Positions 1 through 8,795 of a DNA stretch of 60,310 bases are shown here, in pieces (positions within the stretch are counted from its first letter, which is position 1; each line of letters begins with the position of its first letter). This DNA comes from a virus (lineage: Duplodnaviria; Caudoviricetes). A program made the translations under genes and the position numbers. The DNA is taken from the IMG/VR virus record IMGVR_UViG_3300032304_000756, positions 1-60,310 of that record; one strand, given 5' to 3'. The notes below the pieces were generated by a model. The model made no database searches. It saw only the letters and a list, made by a program, of their open reading frames with translations, and was not told the DNA's origin.

Positions 1-2
1 AA

Positions 3-701
3 CCTTGGGTAAGGCATGCAGAAAAAAGTTTCTACCATGCTTTTGATCACAACTACTTTGCCACAGACTTTCATATTCACATGTTTTACGAAAACTTGAT
101 CCAACCAGATCCGGATCGTAAAGCAAGTATGTATAAGACTGTATTTGACGATACGTTATTCAACAACAAGGTTGTACGCACAGGCTGGCCCATGGAGTAT
201 ATGGATGATATACTTACCGCATACAAGGGTATGCCAAAGCGTGACTTAATTTTATTTCCGCATCGTATTGCTCCAGAGAAGCAAGTTGAAATCTTTCGTA
301 ACTTAAAAGAACACTTGCCACAATATGAATTTGTAGTGTGTCAGGACCAACAACTGACTAAAAACGAATATCATAATTTGTTAGGCGAAGCAAAAATAGT
401 GTTCAGTGCTAACTTACAAGAAACACTGGGCATTAGTTGTTACGAAGGTGCTGTGGTAGATGCTATTCCTATGGTACCCGATAGACTCAGTTATACAGAA
501 ATGTATTCGGATACGTTCAAGTATCCGAGCGTATGGACTGAAAGTTTTGAAACATATACTAGACATCGTCAGGAATTATGTTACAAGATTATTCAGTACA
601 TAGATAATTACGAAAAGTTTTTACCACAGTTACGTAAACAAACACTATCTCTTACTGACAATTTCTTTTCCGCAACTGGTTTATTAGAAAGATTAAAATG
701 A
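3..701 (+). CDS. Glycosyltransferase (GT-B/GT4-like), 5'-truncated by window edge
   Basis: Frame is open from position 3 (PWVRHAEKSFYHAFDHNYFATDFHIHM...). Contains 'FPHRIAPEKQ' and 'QETLGISCYEG', matching the GT-B E-x7-E motif. Confidence 0.75.
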   Translation, partial: PWVRHAEKSFYHAFDHNYFATDFHIHMFYENLIQPDPDRKASMYKTVFDDTLFNNKVVRTGWPMEYMDDILTAYKGMPKRDLILFPHRIAPEKQVEIFRNLKEHLPQYEFVVCQDQQLTKNEYHNLLGEAKIVFSANLQETLGISCYEGAVVDAIPMVPDRLSYTEMYSDTFKYPSVWTESFETYTRHRQELCYKIIQYIDNYEKFLPQLRKQTLSLTDNFFSATGLLERLK

Positions 702-1156
702 TACTCAAACTGTTAGAACGGCTAGATCGTAAACGCATCATTATGGATCGTCAATGCAACGAGCCGTTGCTAACACGTTATTATCTTTTTTTAAAAGAAC
801 GTAAGAATTTCCCTTTCAATATATTCTTACATAAGTTTCACAAAGGCGACCCTGGTGATGTACATGATCACCCATGGCCGTACTTTACACTAATACTAGC
901 GGGCGGTTATTACGAATGGATTCCACAATTCCATAATGACGGCACTATGTCTTGTGAAGTTCGTAAGTGGCGAGGTCCTGGACATTTTAGATTTTGTAGT
1001 GCCAATAGTTATCACCGCATCGAATTAAAAGAAGGTGTAACACCTTGGACTTTGTTTATGCCGGGTCCACAACAACAAGAATGGGGATTTCTTGTTGACA
1101 ATAAATGGATTCATAATGACAAATACTTATACGATAAACAGCACAACCGTACCTAA
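698..1156 (+). CDS. Cupin-fold metalloprotein
   Basis: 'LHKFH...HDHPW...GGYYE' and 'YHRIEL...WTLF' resemble cupin motifs 1 and 2. ATGA overlap with the upstream gene. Confidence 0.65.
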   Translation: MILKLLERLDRKRIIMDRQCNEPLLTRYYLFLKERKNFPFNIFLHKFHKGDPGDVHDHPWPYFTLILAGGYYEWIPQFHNDGTMSCEVRKWRGPGHFRFCSANSYHRIELKEGVTPWTLFMPGPQQQEWGFLVDNKWIHNDKYLYDKQHNRT

Positions 1157-1556
1157 TGGCGGAACTGTTACTTTAAATACTGGATCAGTATACACAATTG
1201 GAACAGGAATAACTACAACAGGACCAATTTATACAACTACCGGAACAGGTACTGCTACTTGGTCTACTCCAAATACTCAGTTTAATGGTGGCAACGGAAA
1301 GCCTGTAATGTCTATGCCGCACGGTACAGATGAAGTTATTTTAGAAAAAGATGCAACCTTAACAGTCAAAGGTCGAGTTGTTATAAATGATAGAGATTTA
1401 GAAGAACGGTTAAGTACAATGGAAAAACTCTTGCAAATTCCTGAAAGAGATGTTAAACTAGAATCTAAGCATCCAAAGTTAAAGAAACTGTATGATGAAT
1501 ACATTCATGCTTTGGCAAAATACAGAACATTCGAAGCAATTAAAGGAGATGAATAA
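1116..1556 (+). CDS. Hypothetical protein (Thr/Gly-rich N-terminus, helical C-terminus)
   Basis: ORF within the operon. ATG at 1116 preferred to the TTG at 1092. Confidence 0.6.
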   Translation: MTNTYTINSTTVPNGGTVTLNTGSVYTIGTGITTTGPIYTTTGTGTATWSTPNTQFNGGNGKPVMSMPHGTDEVILEKDATLTVKGRVVINDRDLEERLSTMEKLLQIPERDVKLESKHPKLKKLYDEYIHALAKYRTFEAIKGDE

Positions 1557-1786
1557 TGGCACTACACGAATCAGTCGCTCATACAGCACATGAAGCAGTT
1601 ATCAAAGAACACGAAGGATATCGTGTACGTGTAAAAAAACACGAAGTAATTAATCCTAAAGGACTGTTTAGTCTTGATATCATTCAAGAAAGTTTGAAAG
1701 ATGGCAAGGTTGCTGACAGTCAAACTTATAATTTCTTTATGACCAAAGAAGAACTTCAACGATTAGCATACGCACTTACACTATGA
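1556..1786 (+). CDS. Hypothetical protein
   Basis: TAATG coupling and AGGAG SD upstream. Confidence 0.7.
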   Translation: MALHESVAHTAHEAVIKEHEGYRVRVKKHEVINPKGLFSLDIIQESLKDGKVADSQTYNFFMTKEELQRLAYALTL

Positions 1787-2325
1787 AAAAAATCTACTAC
1801 AACTGGTCTGACATCAATGGAGCGGTGGTGGAGATTGCTCGTAGTGTTATGGCTAGCAATTGGCGCCCAGACTATATTGTAGGCATCACTAGAGGTGGTG
1901 CTATCCCCGCCATAATGCTTAGTCAGTTTATGGGTATTCCCATGCGACCGTTAGAAGTCAGTCTGCGTGATGGTGGTAATTGTACCAGCGACTTAGGCAT
2001 GGCCGAAGATGCGTTTGGATGTGTGCCCAGTGAAGTTAGAGAATCTACTGGTACTATAGTAGATCCGGCATATAGAAAAAAGATTCTTATTGTAGATGAT
2101 ATCAACGACCAAGGATCCACTATTAATTGGATCAAACAAGATTGGCCCAGTGGCTGTCATCCTGCACACGATTTTTGGAATAATGTATGGGGTAACAATG
2201 TTCGATTTGCAGTATTAACTAATAATCTAGCAAGTAAAGCAGATATAGATTATTACTGTTGGGAAGTTAACAAGGCCGAAGAAGATTGTTGGCTGGTATA
2301 TCCTTGGGAAGAGTTTTGGAAATGA
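1783..2325 (+). CDS. Type I phosphoribosyltransferase (purine PRTase-like)
   Basis: 'IVGITRGGAIPA', PRPP-binding loop 'ILIVDDINDQGST', C-terminal 'WLVYPWE' as in xanthine-guanine PRTases. Confidence 0.85.
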   Translation: MKKIYYNWSDINGAVVEIARSVMASNWRPDYIVGITRGGAIPAIMLSQFMGIPMRPLEVSLRDGGNCTSDLGMAEDAFGCVPSEVRESTGTIVDPAYRKKILIVDDINDQGSTINWIKQDWPSGCHPAHDFWNNVWGNNVRFAVLTNNLASKADIDYYCWEVNKAEEDCWLVYPWEEFWK

Positions 2326-2702
2326 CTGACTTAGAAAGGGCATTAGATGAAAAACGAGCACCGTGGACCGGAATTGAATACCGAACCAAAGACTACTGGG
2401 TCTTTCGAGATGCCTATCCCGTTACGGAAGGACATCTGTTATTTGTGCCTACCAAAGAAGACTGGGACCATCTCTGGGACTGCTACAAAGCCGCATACAA
2501 ATTCGGTTACATGGGAGTCGAATCGGGCAGGTGGGACGCTTTTAATGTCGGACAAAACTGTGGCGAGGCTGCTGGGCAAACAGTAATGTATCCACATGTA
2601 CATATGATTCCTCGACGTGCAGGAGATATGGAAGATCCTCGTGGCGGGGTTCGTCACGTTATACCGGAAAAAGGAAACTATAAAAATGATATCCGAAGAT
2701 AG
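2322..2702 (+). CDS. HIT-family nucleotide hydrolase
   Basis: 'DAYPVTEGHLLFVP', 'AGQTVMYPHVHMIPRR' (histidine-triad region, first His replaced by Tyr). ATG at 2322 overlaps the previous stop. Confidence 0.85.
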   Translation: MTDLERALDEKRAPWTGIEYRTKDYWVFRDAYPVTEGHLLFVPTKEDWDHLWDCYKAAYKFGYMGVESGRWDAFNVGQNCGEAAGQTVMYPHVHMIPRRAGDMEDPRGGVRHVIPEKGNYKNDIRR

Positions 2703-2874
2703 AAAACAAGGAACTTGCGGATGCGGTCGTAGTCCAACTGGCGATTGTATCGGGTGGCATGGACTTGCTGAAGAAGTATTTCGAGAAAAATTAGCACAAT
2801 GGGAATTAGATGATTACCAGCGTAGAGCACAGGAACTCTGGAATGATAGTTGCACAAGTAAACGAGCAGAATAA
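2686..2874 (+). CDS. Small CDGSH-like Fe-S/Zn-binding protein
   Basis: 'CGCGRSPTGDCIGWH' resembles the C-x-C-x2-S-x3-P-x-C-D-G-S-H motif. ATG at 2686. Confidence 0.6.
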   Translation: MISEDRKQGTCGCGRSPTGDCIGWHGLAEEVFREKLAQWELDDYQRRAQELWNDSCTSKRAE

Positions 2875-3061
2875 CGTCTATGTGTATTGGGACAATCAGA
2901 ACGGATTCTGGTGGAATGAAACCTGTGCTATGGTATTGGAAGTATTTGGACTGCCGGGCGACAGATATACCAGTCATCCAGAACAGGATGTTATGAAATT
3001 TACATTTAAATCAAAAAAGGACGCTGACTTATGTCGGATACTATTGTCGGAAAGATTGTAA
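2843..3061 (+). CDS. Hypothetical protein
   Basis: ORF fills the operon gap. ATG at 2843. Confidence 0.55.
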   Translation: MIVAQVNEQNNVYVYWDNQNGFWWNETCAMVLEVFGLPGDRYTSHPEQDVMKFTFKSKKDADLCRILLSERL

Positions 3062-3255
3062 CAGCAACACTTATAATTTTGGCAGTGTTGATTCTGACAT
3101 TTACTGATTACGGAAGCCAAGGTAAAGTCTACGATTGTGGCATGGCCGAATGGCATCCTGATATTCCAAACAAAGTCAAAGAAGAATGTAGAAGACTACA
3201 TTACGAAGAATGGAAGAAACAACAGGATATTGAAAAGAAAACCATAAGCATTTAG
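3031..3255 (+). CDS. Small membrane-anchored protein
   Basis: Hydrophobic N-terminal helix 'IVTATLIILAVLILTF' followed by 'YDCGMAEWHPDIP...EECRR'. Confidence 0.6.
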   Translation: MSDTIVGKIVTATLIILAVLILTFTDYGSQGKVYDCGMAEWHPDIPNKVKEECRRLHYEEWKKQQDIEKKTISI

Positions 3256-3284
3256 TTGACAAAAACCTAAATAAACTATATCAT
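3256..3284 (+). promoter_or_regulatory. Sigma70-type promoter for folE, with a late-type CTAAATA box (3267-3273) in its spacer
   Basis: TTGACA (3256-3261), 17 nt, TATCAT (3279-3284). Confidence 0.7.
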
Positions 3285-3321
3285 AACACATAGACATCCT
3301 CGTCTATAACTCGGAGTTTAA

Positions 3322-4020
3322 ATGACAGACAACAGCAAAAATTTAGCACAAGTAATCCGTGATAGGATGAAACAAGACGGTAAAAGATTCTGGGCTGGAG
3401 ATAATATTTCAGAATATATCAAACCCATGGATAAAATAGACCTTATCAACGAAGCAACAGTCGCATTTGAAAAGGTGCTAGATACATTGCTAATTGATCG
3501 TGAAACTGATCCTAACAGTAAAGGCACAGCACGTAGACTGGCCAAAATGTACTACAACGAAATAATGGCAGGAAGATATGATGATGCACCAGACGCAACA
3601 GCGTTCCCAAATGATTCAGAGGACCGTTACGAAGGTATGTTGGTTGTTCGTAGCGAGCTTCGCAGTATGTGTAGCCATCATCACCAACCCGTTGCTGGCG
3701 TTGCTTATATTGGTGTTATTGCGGCTGAGAAACTCATCGGACTTAGCAAGTATACAAGGATCGCTCAGTGGTGTGCCCGTCGAGGTACTCTCCAGGAGGA
3801 ACTTTGTAATGACATTGCTAGGGAAATCCAAAAAGCCACAGGAGCACAAGACTTAGGTGTGTATATTCAAGCCACACACGGATGTTGTGAAAATCGTGGT
3901 ATTATGGCACATAGCAGTTTAACACAGACTACAGTACTTAAAGGTGCATTCAAAGACGATCACGGTACAAAGAAAGAATTTTTTGATAACATTAAACTAC
4001 AACAGGAATATTCAAGATGA
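3322..4020 (+). CDS. folE: GTP cyclohydrolase I
   Basis: 'SMCSHHHQP', 'GLSKYTRI', 'LQEEL', 'HGCCENRG' are FolE zinc and active-site motifs. Confidence 0.95.
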   Translation: MTDNSKNLAQVIRDRMKQDGKRFWAGDNISEYIKPMDKIDLINEATVAFEKVLDTLLIDRETDPNSKGTARRLAKMYYNEIMAGRYDDAPDATAFPNDSEDRYEGMLVVRSELRSMCSHHHQPVAGVAYIGVIAAEKLIGLSKYTRIAQWCARRGTLQEELCNDIAREIQKATGAQDLGVYIQATHGCCENRGIMAHSSLTQTTVLKGAFKDDHGTKKEFFDNIKLQQEYSR

Positions 4021-4235
4021 ATTCAGTAGATATGGCTAACGATTTAATTGATCGTGCAAGGAATTTAAAAAGATTTGAAGTTAAACGTATGCTGGAAAAT
4101 GGTATATTGTTTACTGGTGGTCCTATTCCGTTTGATATCAAAGGCAAGGACGAGTGTTATTGGATCTATGCCTATGCCGTAACTCAAGAAGAAGCAGAAG
4201 CACAAGTAGATACATGGTTAAAGGATCGTATATGA
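4017..4235 (+). CDS. Hypothetical protein
   Basis: ATGA-coupled on both sides. Confidence 0.6.
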   Translation: MNSVDMANDLIDRARNLKRFEVKRMLENGILFTGGPIPFDIKGKDECYWIYAYAVTQEEAEAQVDTWLKDRI

Positions 4236-4552
4236 ACTGGTTTGACAAGTGGCTTTATAAAAAGACACGTGACATGTGGAACAACAGCCACAAATACGAC
4301 GATGATATAATTGGATCAAAACAAATGGCAATAGGTATGGGTACATCACCAATGGTAGAACGAGGTCGGGCAGAAGGCGAAAGTCGTGTTACTTTCGAAT
4401 TGAGTACAGCAGTCGGCGGCAAAATACTCAATGTTAGACGTTACGATGACCGCAAAGATAGACACGATAGTCAAACCTATGTTATTCCTAATGGTGAAGA
4501 TATCGGCGAGCGTGTTTCCAAAATTATTAATTTGGAGATGTTCAAGCAATGA
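4232..4552 (+). CDS. Hypothetical protein
   Basis: ATG at 4232 overlaps the upstream stop. AAGGA SD. Confidence 0.65.
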   Translation: MNWFDKWLYKKTRDMWNNSHKYDDDIIGSKQMAIGMGTSPMVERGRAEGESRVTFELSTAVGGKILNVRRYDDRKDRHDSQTYVIPNGEDIGERVSKIINLEMFKQ

Positions 4553-4938
4553 AATCACAAATTCCAGCAGAAGGCATAATGAAAACAAACGATTGGGGCG
4601 ACTCAATGGTCTACCGCATCGCTTGTAACTGTGGAGACGATAGTCACAACCATAACATGTGGGTGGAAGCAGATGAACACGATATCATTGTTACTATCTA
4701 CACTACGGGCAAAACTAACTGGTGGAGTAAAACACGCTGGTATCATATTTGGACATTATTGACCAAAGGATATGTTGATACCGAATCCACTGTACATCTA
4801 AATAAACAACAAGCACTCAATTATGCTGAAACTTTGAAGAGTACTATTGATGACGTTGAATCTTTTCGTAATGCTAGACAAAACAAAGAAGAACGTGCTA
4901 CAATAACAAAAATGGCAAAAGAACAGGATTGTGTATGA
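4549..4938 (+). CDS. Hypothetical protein with a CxC...H motif
   Basis: ATGA coupling. 'IACNCGDDSHNH'. Confidence 0.65.
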   Translation: MKSQIPAEGIMKTNDWGDSMVYRIACNCGDDSHNHNMWVEADEHDIIVTIYTTGKTNWWSKTRWYHIWTLLTKGYVDTESTVHLNKQQALNYAETLKSTIDDVESFRNARQNKEERATITKMAKEQDCV

Positions 4939-5795
4939 GTAAAATTAAAATAGCGGAACTGTTTTACAGTATCCAAGGTGAAGGACGTTACATGGGTGTA
5001 CCGTCCGTTTTCTTACGAACATTTGGCTGTAACTTTAAGTGTGCTGGCTTTGGTATGCCGCGTGGTGAAGAAAGCCACGAAGCAACTGACATTGCGGCCA
5101 CACATACAATGATTGAGTCGTTTCAAAAATATGAAGAACTTCCTTTGGTATCTACGGGTTGCGATAGTTATGCTAGTTGGCATCCTGCTTTTAAGGATCT
5201 TAGTCCAGTGCTCACTTCAGACGCAATCGCCGACAGAATCTCGGAAATCATTCCGTTTGGAGAATGGAGAGACGAACATCTCGTCATCACTGGAGGGGAA
5301 CCTTTGCTTGGATGGCAACGGGCGTACCCAGACTTGCTCGACAACGAAAAAATGAAGTCTTTAAAAGAGATTACGTTTGAAACAAATGGTACTCAAAAAT
5401 TAACACAAGAATTTAAAAACTATTTAGGTGTATGGAAAGGTCTTCCAAGACAACAGCGCGAAATTACATTTAGTGTAAGTGCCAAATTACCATGCAGTGG
5501 TGAGAAGTGGGAAGAAGCAATTCTGCCAGAAATAGTTTGTGAATATGAAGAAGTTGGCACAGCATACTTGAAGTTTGTTATTGCCACAGAAGAAGATTTT
5601 GAAGATGCTAAACGTGCTGTTATTGAATATCGTAAGGCAGGCTTTAAAGGACATGTATACTTAATGCCGGTAGGCGGCGTAGAGAGTGTCTATGCGTTGA
5701 ACAATCGTCGTGTAGCGGATCTAGCAATGAAAGAAGGGTTACGCTACAGTGACAGGCTACAAGTACCGTTATTTAAAAATGAATGGGGAACTTAA
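4935..5795 (+). CDS. queE: 7-carboxy-7-deazaguanine synthase (radical SAM)
   Basis: 'ELFYSIQGEG...PSVFLRTFGCNFKC', 'GCDS', 'VITGGEPLL', 'FETNGT', 'YSDRLQV'. Confidence 0.9.
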   Translation: MSKIKIAELFYSIQGEGRYMGVPSVFLRTFGCNFKCAGFGMPRGEESHEATDIAATHTMIESFQKYEELPLVSTGCDSYASWHPAFKDLSPVLTSDAIADRISEIIPFGEWRDEHLVITGGEPLLGWQRAYPDLLDNEKMKSLKEITFETNGTQKLTQEFKNYLGVWKGLPRQQREITFSVSAKLPCSGEKWEEAILPEIVCEYEEVGTAYLKFVIATEEDFEDAKRAVIEYRKAGFKGHVYLMPVGGVESVYALNNRRVADLAMKEGLRYSDRLQVPLFKNEWGT

Positions 5796-6247
5796 TGAAA
5801 CAATTTATAGAAAAACTGTTTGGTATTGATAAGATCAGAGCACGAGCAGAAAAATCGTTAATAGAAGCAGATGCGGCAACCAAATTAGCAGAAGCGGCCA
5901 CACTAGCCGCAGAACGTGCTACAGAAGCAGAAGCACAGGCCAAGATGACTCCAAAAGAACGTGCCACTGCACGTGGAGAACCGTGGGTTGCTGTTTTGGA
6001 GACGCACATTAATAAAGACAATCTAAAGAATGGTTTCTTTGAGATTGACTGGAACGATGAATTCGTGTTACAATTGAAACAAGCAGGCTATGGTTTTGAC
6101 GGCGATCCTCCAGAAGAGATTGTGGATCGTTGGTTCAGAGAACTTTGTAAAAATGTGGCCAGCGAAGAGGGCGTCGATATGACAGATAGAGGCGCAGGTT
6201 TTATTAACGTTAAAAAGATTGCCGAAGGCAAATCCGAGGTTTCATGA
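5795..6247 (+). CDS. Hypothetical protein
   Basis: TAATG coupling to queE. Ala-rich helix then 'GFFEIDWND'. Confidence 0.7.
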   Translation: MKQFIEKLFGIDKIRARAEKSLIEADAATKLAEAATLAAERATEAEAQAKMTPKERATARGEPWVAVLETHINKDNLKNGFFEIDWNDEFVLQLKQAGYGFDGDPPEEIVDRWFRELCKNVASEEGVDMTDRGAGFINVKKIAEGKSEVS

Positions 6248-7212
6248 CATATATTTTAGTAGATACTGCTAATACATTCTTTCGTGCTAGACACGTCATT
6301 AAAGGCGATGCCGACATTAAGCTCGGTATGGCCTTTCATATTACTTTAAACAGTATCAAAAAGGCATGGCAAGACTTCGGTGGTAGCCATGTGGTGTTCT
6401 GCCTCGAAGGTCGCTCGTGGCGTAAGGACTATTATGCTCCGTATAAAAGAAATCGTAGCGATGCTCGTGCCGCACTCACTGTAAAAGAGCAAGAAGAAGA
6501 TCAGTTATTTTGGGAGAGCTTTGATAAGTTCAAAGAGTTTATATCCGAAAAAACTAATTGCACTGTGTTACAGCACGGCGAACTTGAAGCAGATGATTTA
6601 ATTGCAGGGTGGATTCAAAGTCATCCTAAAGCAAAACACGTGATCATTTCGACAGACAGCGATTTTTATCAGTTAATCGCACCCAATGTTAGCCAGTATA
6701 ATGGTGTACAAGAACATCATATCACGCACGAAGGCGTGTTTGATAAAAAAGGCAAAATGGTCATAGACAATAAAACTAAGGAACCTAAGGCCATTCCTGA
6801 TCCTAAATGGTTATTGTTCGAGAAATGTATTCGCGGCGACAGTAGCGATAATGTCTTTAGTGCATATCCTAAGGTACGAGTTAACAAACTGCAAGAGGCA
6901 TTTAAGGATCGCGAGTCACAAGGATTCGCGTGGAACAATCTCATGTTGCAACGTTGGGTTGATCATCATGGCGAAGAACATCGAGTTAAAGATGACTACG
7001 AACGTAATCGACAACTTATAGACTTGGCCGCACAGCCCAGCAACATTAAAGATAAAATTTTTGAAACTATTAAAGATAATATCGACAAAGAAAAGAATGT
7101 AGAACAAGTTGGTATACGTCTATTAAAGTTTTGTCAGTTATATGATCTTAAAAAGATTTCAGATCAAGCACAGCAGTATGCCGAGCCCCTTAATGCAAGA
7201 TATCATAAATGA
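6244..7212 (+). CDS. rnh: T4-type RNase H / 5'-3' exonuclease
   Basis: 'ILVD', 'SWRKDYYAPYKRNR', 'EADDLIA', 'ISTDSDFYQL', 'GDSSDNV' are FEN/5' nuclease motifs. Confidence 0.9.
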   Translation: MTYILVDTANTFFRARHVIKGDADIKLGMAFHITLNSIKKAWQDFGGSHVVFCLEGRSWRKDYYAPYKRNRSDARAALTVKEQEEDQLFWESFDKFKEFISEKTNCTVLQHGELEADDLIAGWIQSHPKAKHVIISTDSDFYQLIAPNVSQYNGVQEHHITHEGVFDKKGKMVIDNKTKEPKAIPDPKWLLFEKCIRGDSSDNVFSAYPKVRVNKLQEAFKDRESQGFAWNNLMLQRWVDHHGEEHRVKDDYERNRQLIDLAAQPSNIKDKIFETIKDNIDKEKNVEQVGIRLLKFCQLYDLKKISDQAQQYAEPLNARYHK

Positions 7213-7271
7213 ATCGTTGCCATTATATAGATACTTGTAAAAACAAAACAGAAAATTGTTGGAGACCTGAA

Positions 7272-7751
7272 ATGACAGAAATACACGCAAAACCAGTAGT
7301 CGATGGTAAATTTTGGATTGTCGAAGAAAACGGCAGTAAGGTAGGCGTATTAAAAATCACAGAACAGAAAAAATATATCTTTAGTTCTAAAAATGCCATC
7401 ACTACCTTTGATACTAAAAAGAAAATTGTGGAACAATTTGGTCCAGAATTTTTTATAAAGAAAAGTATCGAAAAGAAAGTCAAAACAGAAGAAGATTTAG
7501 AAGTGCATGGGTATGCTACTAGTACACTGCCATATAATCCGTTATTTGATGTTAAACGTCATTTGCCACTGTTTACAAAGAGCAATAAGTCTAAAAGTGT
7601 TTATTGTGCCGGCTACTACATTATTCAATTCGATAAAGGTTGGGTGCGTAGTTTCTGTCCTAAATTGATAACCATTGAACGTTATCCGTATGAAGGTCCG
7701 TTTAAAACGGAAATGGAAATGAAACACAGGTTATCAAATGCCAGAAAATAA
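7272..7751 (+). CDS. Hypothetical phage protein (possible alternative start at 7209)
   Basis: GGAGA SD before ATG 7272. C-terminal 'KSKSVYCAGYY...CPKLITIERYPYEGPF'. Confidence 0.7.
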   Translation: MTEIHAKPVVDGKFWIVEENGSKVGVLKITEQKKYIFSSKNAITTFDTKKKIVEQFGPEFFIKKSIEKKVKTEEDLEVHGYATSTLPYNPLFDVKRHLPLFTKSNKSKSVYCAGYYIIQFDKGWVRSFCPKLITIERYPYEGPFKTEMEMKHRLSNARK

Positions 7752-7980
7752 AATTAATACTGCGGTGATACAACAAGTACTTCATGCAATTAAAGGTGCC
7801 GAACTAGGCAATCAACGTGAAGTTAGGTTAGATATAGCCACTGCTAAAAATCTTGCTTATACGTTAAGTTTGGTTATGACTAGATTAGCCGGTAACTACG
7901 AAGGACTGATTCAAGAATCTCGCAAGGACGACACAGTTGTTAGAGTAGAAATGGACGGTGGGTCCTGGGACAAAAATTAA
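7738..7980 (+). CDS. Hypothetical protein
   Basis: ORF within the operon. Confidence 0.6.
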   Translation: MPENKINTAVIQQVLHAIKGAELGNQREVRLDIATAKNLAYTLSLVMTRLAGNYEGLIQESRKDDTVVRVEMDGGSWDKN

Positions 7981-7990
7981 CAAATTTTGG

Positions 7991-7997
7991 ATAAATA
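7991..7997 (+). promoter_or_regulatory. T4-like late promoter box (ATAAATA)
   Basis: Intergenic match to the TATAAATA core upstream of the 8024 gene. Confidence 0.5.
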
Positions 7998-8023
7998 TAT
8001 ACGTACATTATCGAGGAACGTAT

Positions 8024-8308
8024 ATGAGTCGCCCAAAGCCCAATGTTGTGTTAGAAAAGATTAATAAAAAGACATATAAAAGTGACCAAATTTTGGAAGC
8101 CGAGGCCATTTGGGCTGTATTTTTCCAAGGTAAACCTTTTAATTTAAAAAGTCAAAATAGCCTTAGTGGTTATCCTGGAAGCAAGTATAAAAAAGTTAGT
8201 TTTAGTAATCCAGGTCATGCACATAACCTAGCAAAGAAATTGAACACATTATTCAACTCTACCGAATTCTCTGTCTATAAATTGACTACCGGTGAAGAAC
8301 TTAAATGA
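8024..8308 (+). CDS. Hypothetical basic protein
   Basis: GAGGA SD, ATG at 8024 (MSRPKP...). Confidence 0.7.
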   Translation: MSRPKPNVVLEKINKKTYKSDQILEAEAIWAVFFQGKPFNLKSQNSLSGYPGSKYKKVSFSNPGHAHNLAKKLNTLFNSTEFSVYKLTTGEELK

Positions 8309-8706
8309 ACACAAAGCGGGCCTATACAAAGATTTTTATCAAAGAATCTGGAGAGGCTTTGAGCGAAGAAAATATCAAACTCAAAACAAGACTGTGGTGG
8401 AAAAACAACAGAGCCAAAGAACGGGAAAGTCTTAGAATAACGGACGAAGGCCTAAGATATATTACAACGGTTTTGGATATCAAAGTTTACGAAGTACCAT
8501 TTCCTCCAGATTTGGATTTGAAACCCCAAGTATTACTGTATTTGGACAAATTTTTGGACTGTCCATATCACCTTACCGAAACTGCCATTACAGTTTTGAG
8601 CGAGCGCAAAGCAATTGAACTACATCTATTTTCGGGCGATGTAAGAAAGTACGGTTTAATTAAAGCAATGAAGCGCGATTTACCAAAAACACACAAAACT
8701 TTTTAA
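8305..8706 (+). CDS. Hypothetical protein
   Basis: ATGA coupling. Confidence 0.7.
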   Translation: MNTKRAYTKIFIKESGEALSEENIKLKTRLWWKNNRAKERESLRITDEGLRYITTVLDIKVYEVPFPPDLDLKPQVLLYLDKFLDCPYHLTETAITVLSERKAIELHLFSGDVRKYGLIKAMKRDLPKTHKTF

Positions 8707-8714
8707 GAATCACC

Positions 8715-8743
8715 TTGACAAACCTGCGGAGTGACGCTATACT
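8715..8743 (+). promoter_or_regulatory. Sigma70-type (early) promoter
   Basis: TTGACA, 17 nt, TATACT. Confidence 0.8.
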
Positions 8744-8795
8744 AATGATACTGCGAAATTAGTTGCAATAAATTTTTTTAACACAGGAGCATGTA

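Noticed and set aside
3290-3321. Canonical preQ1-I riboswitch upstream of folE
   Set aside because: The loop is too short and lacks the consensus loop and A-rich tail. Kept only as a speculative novel leader.
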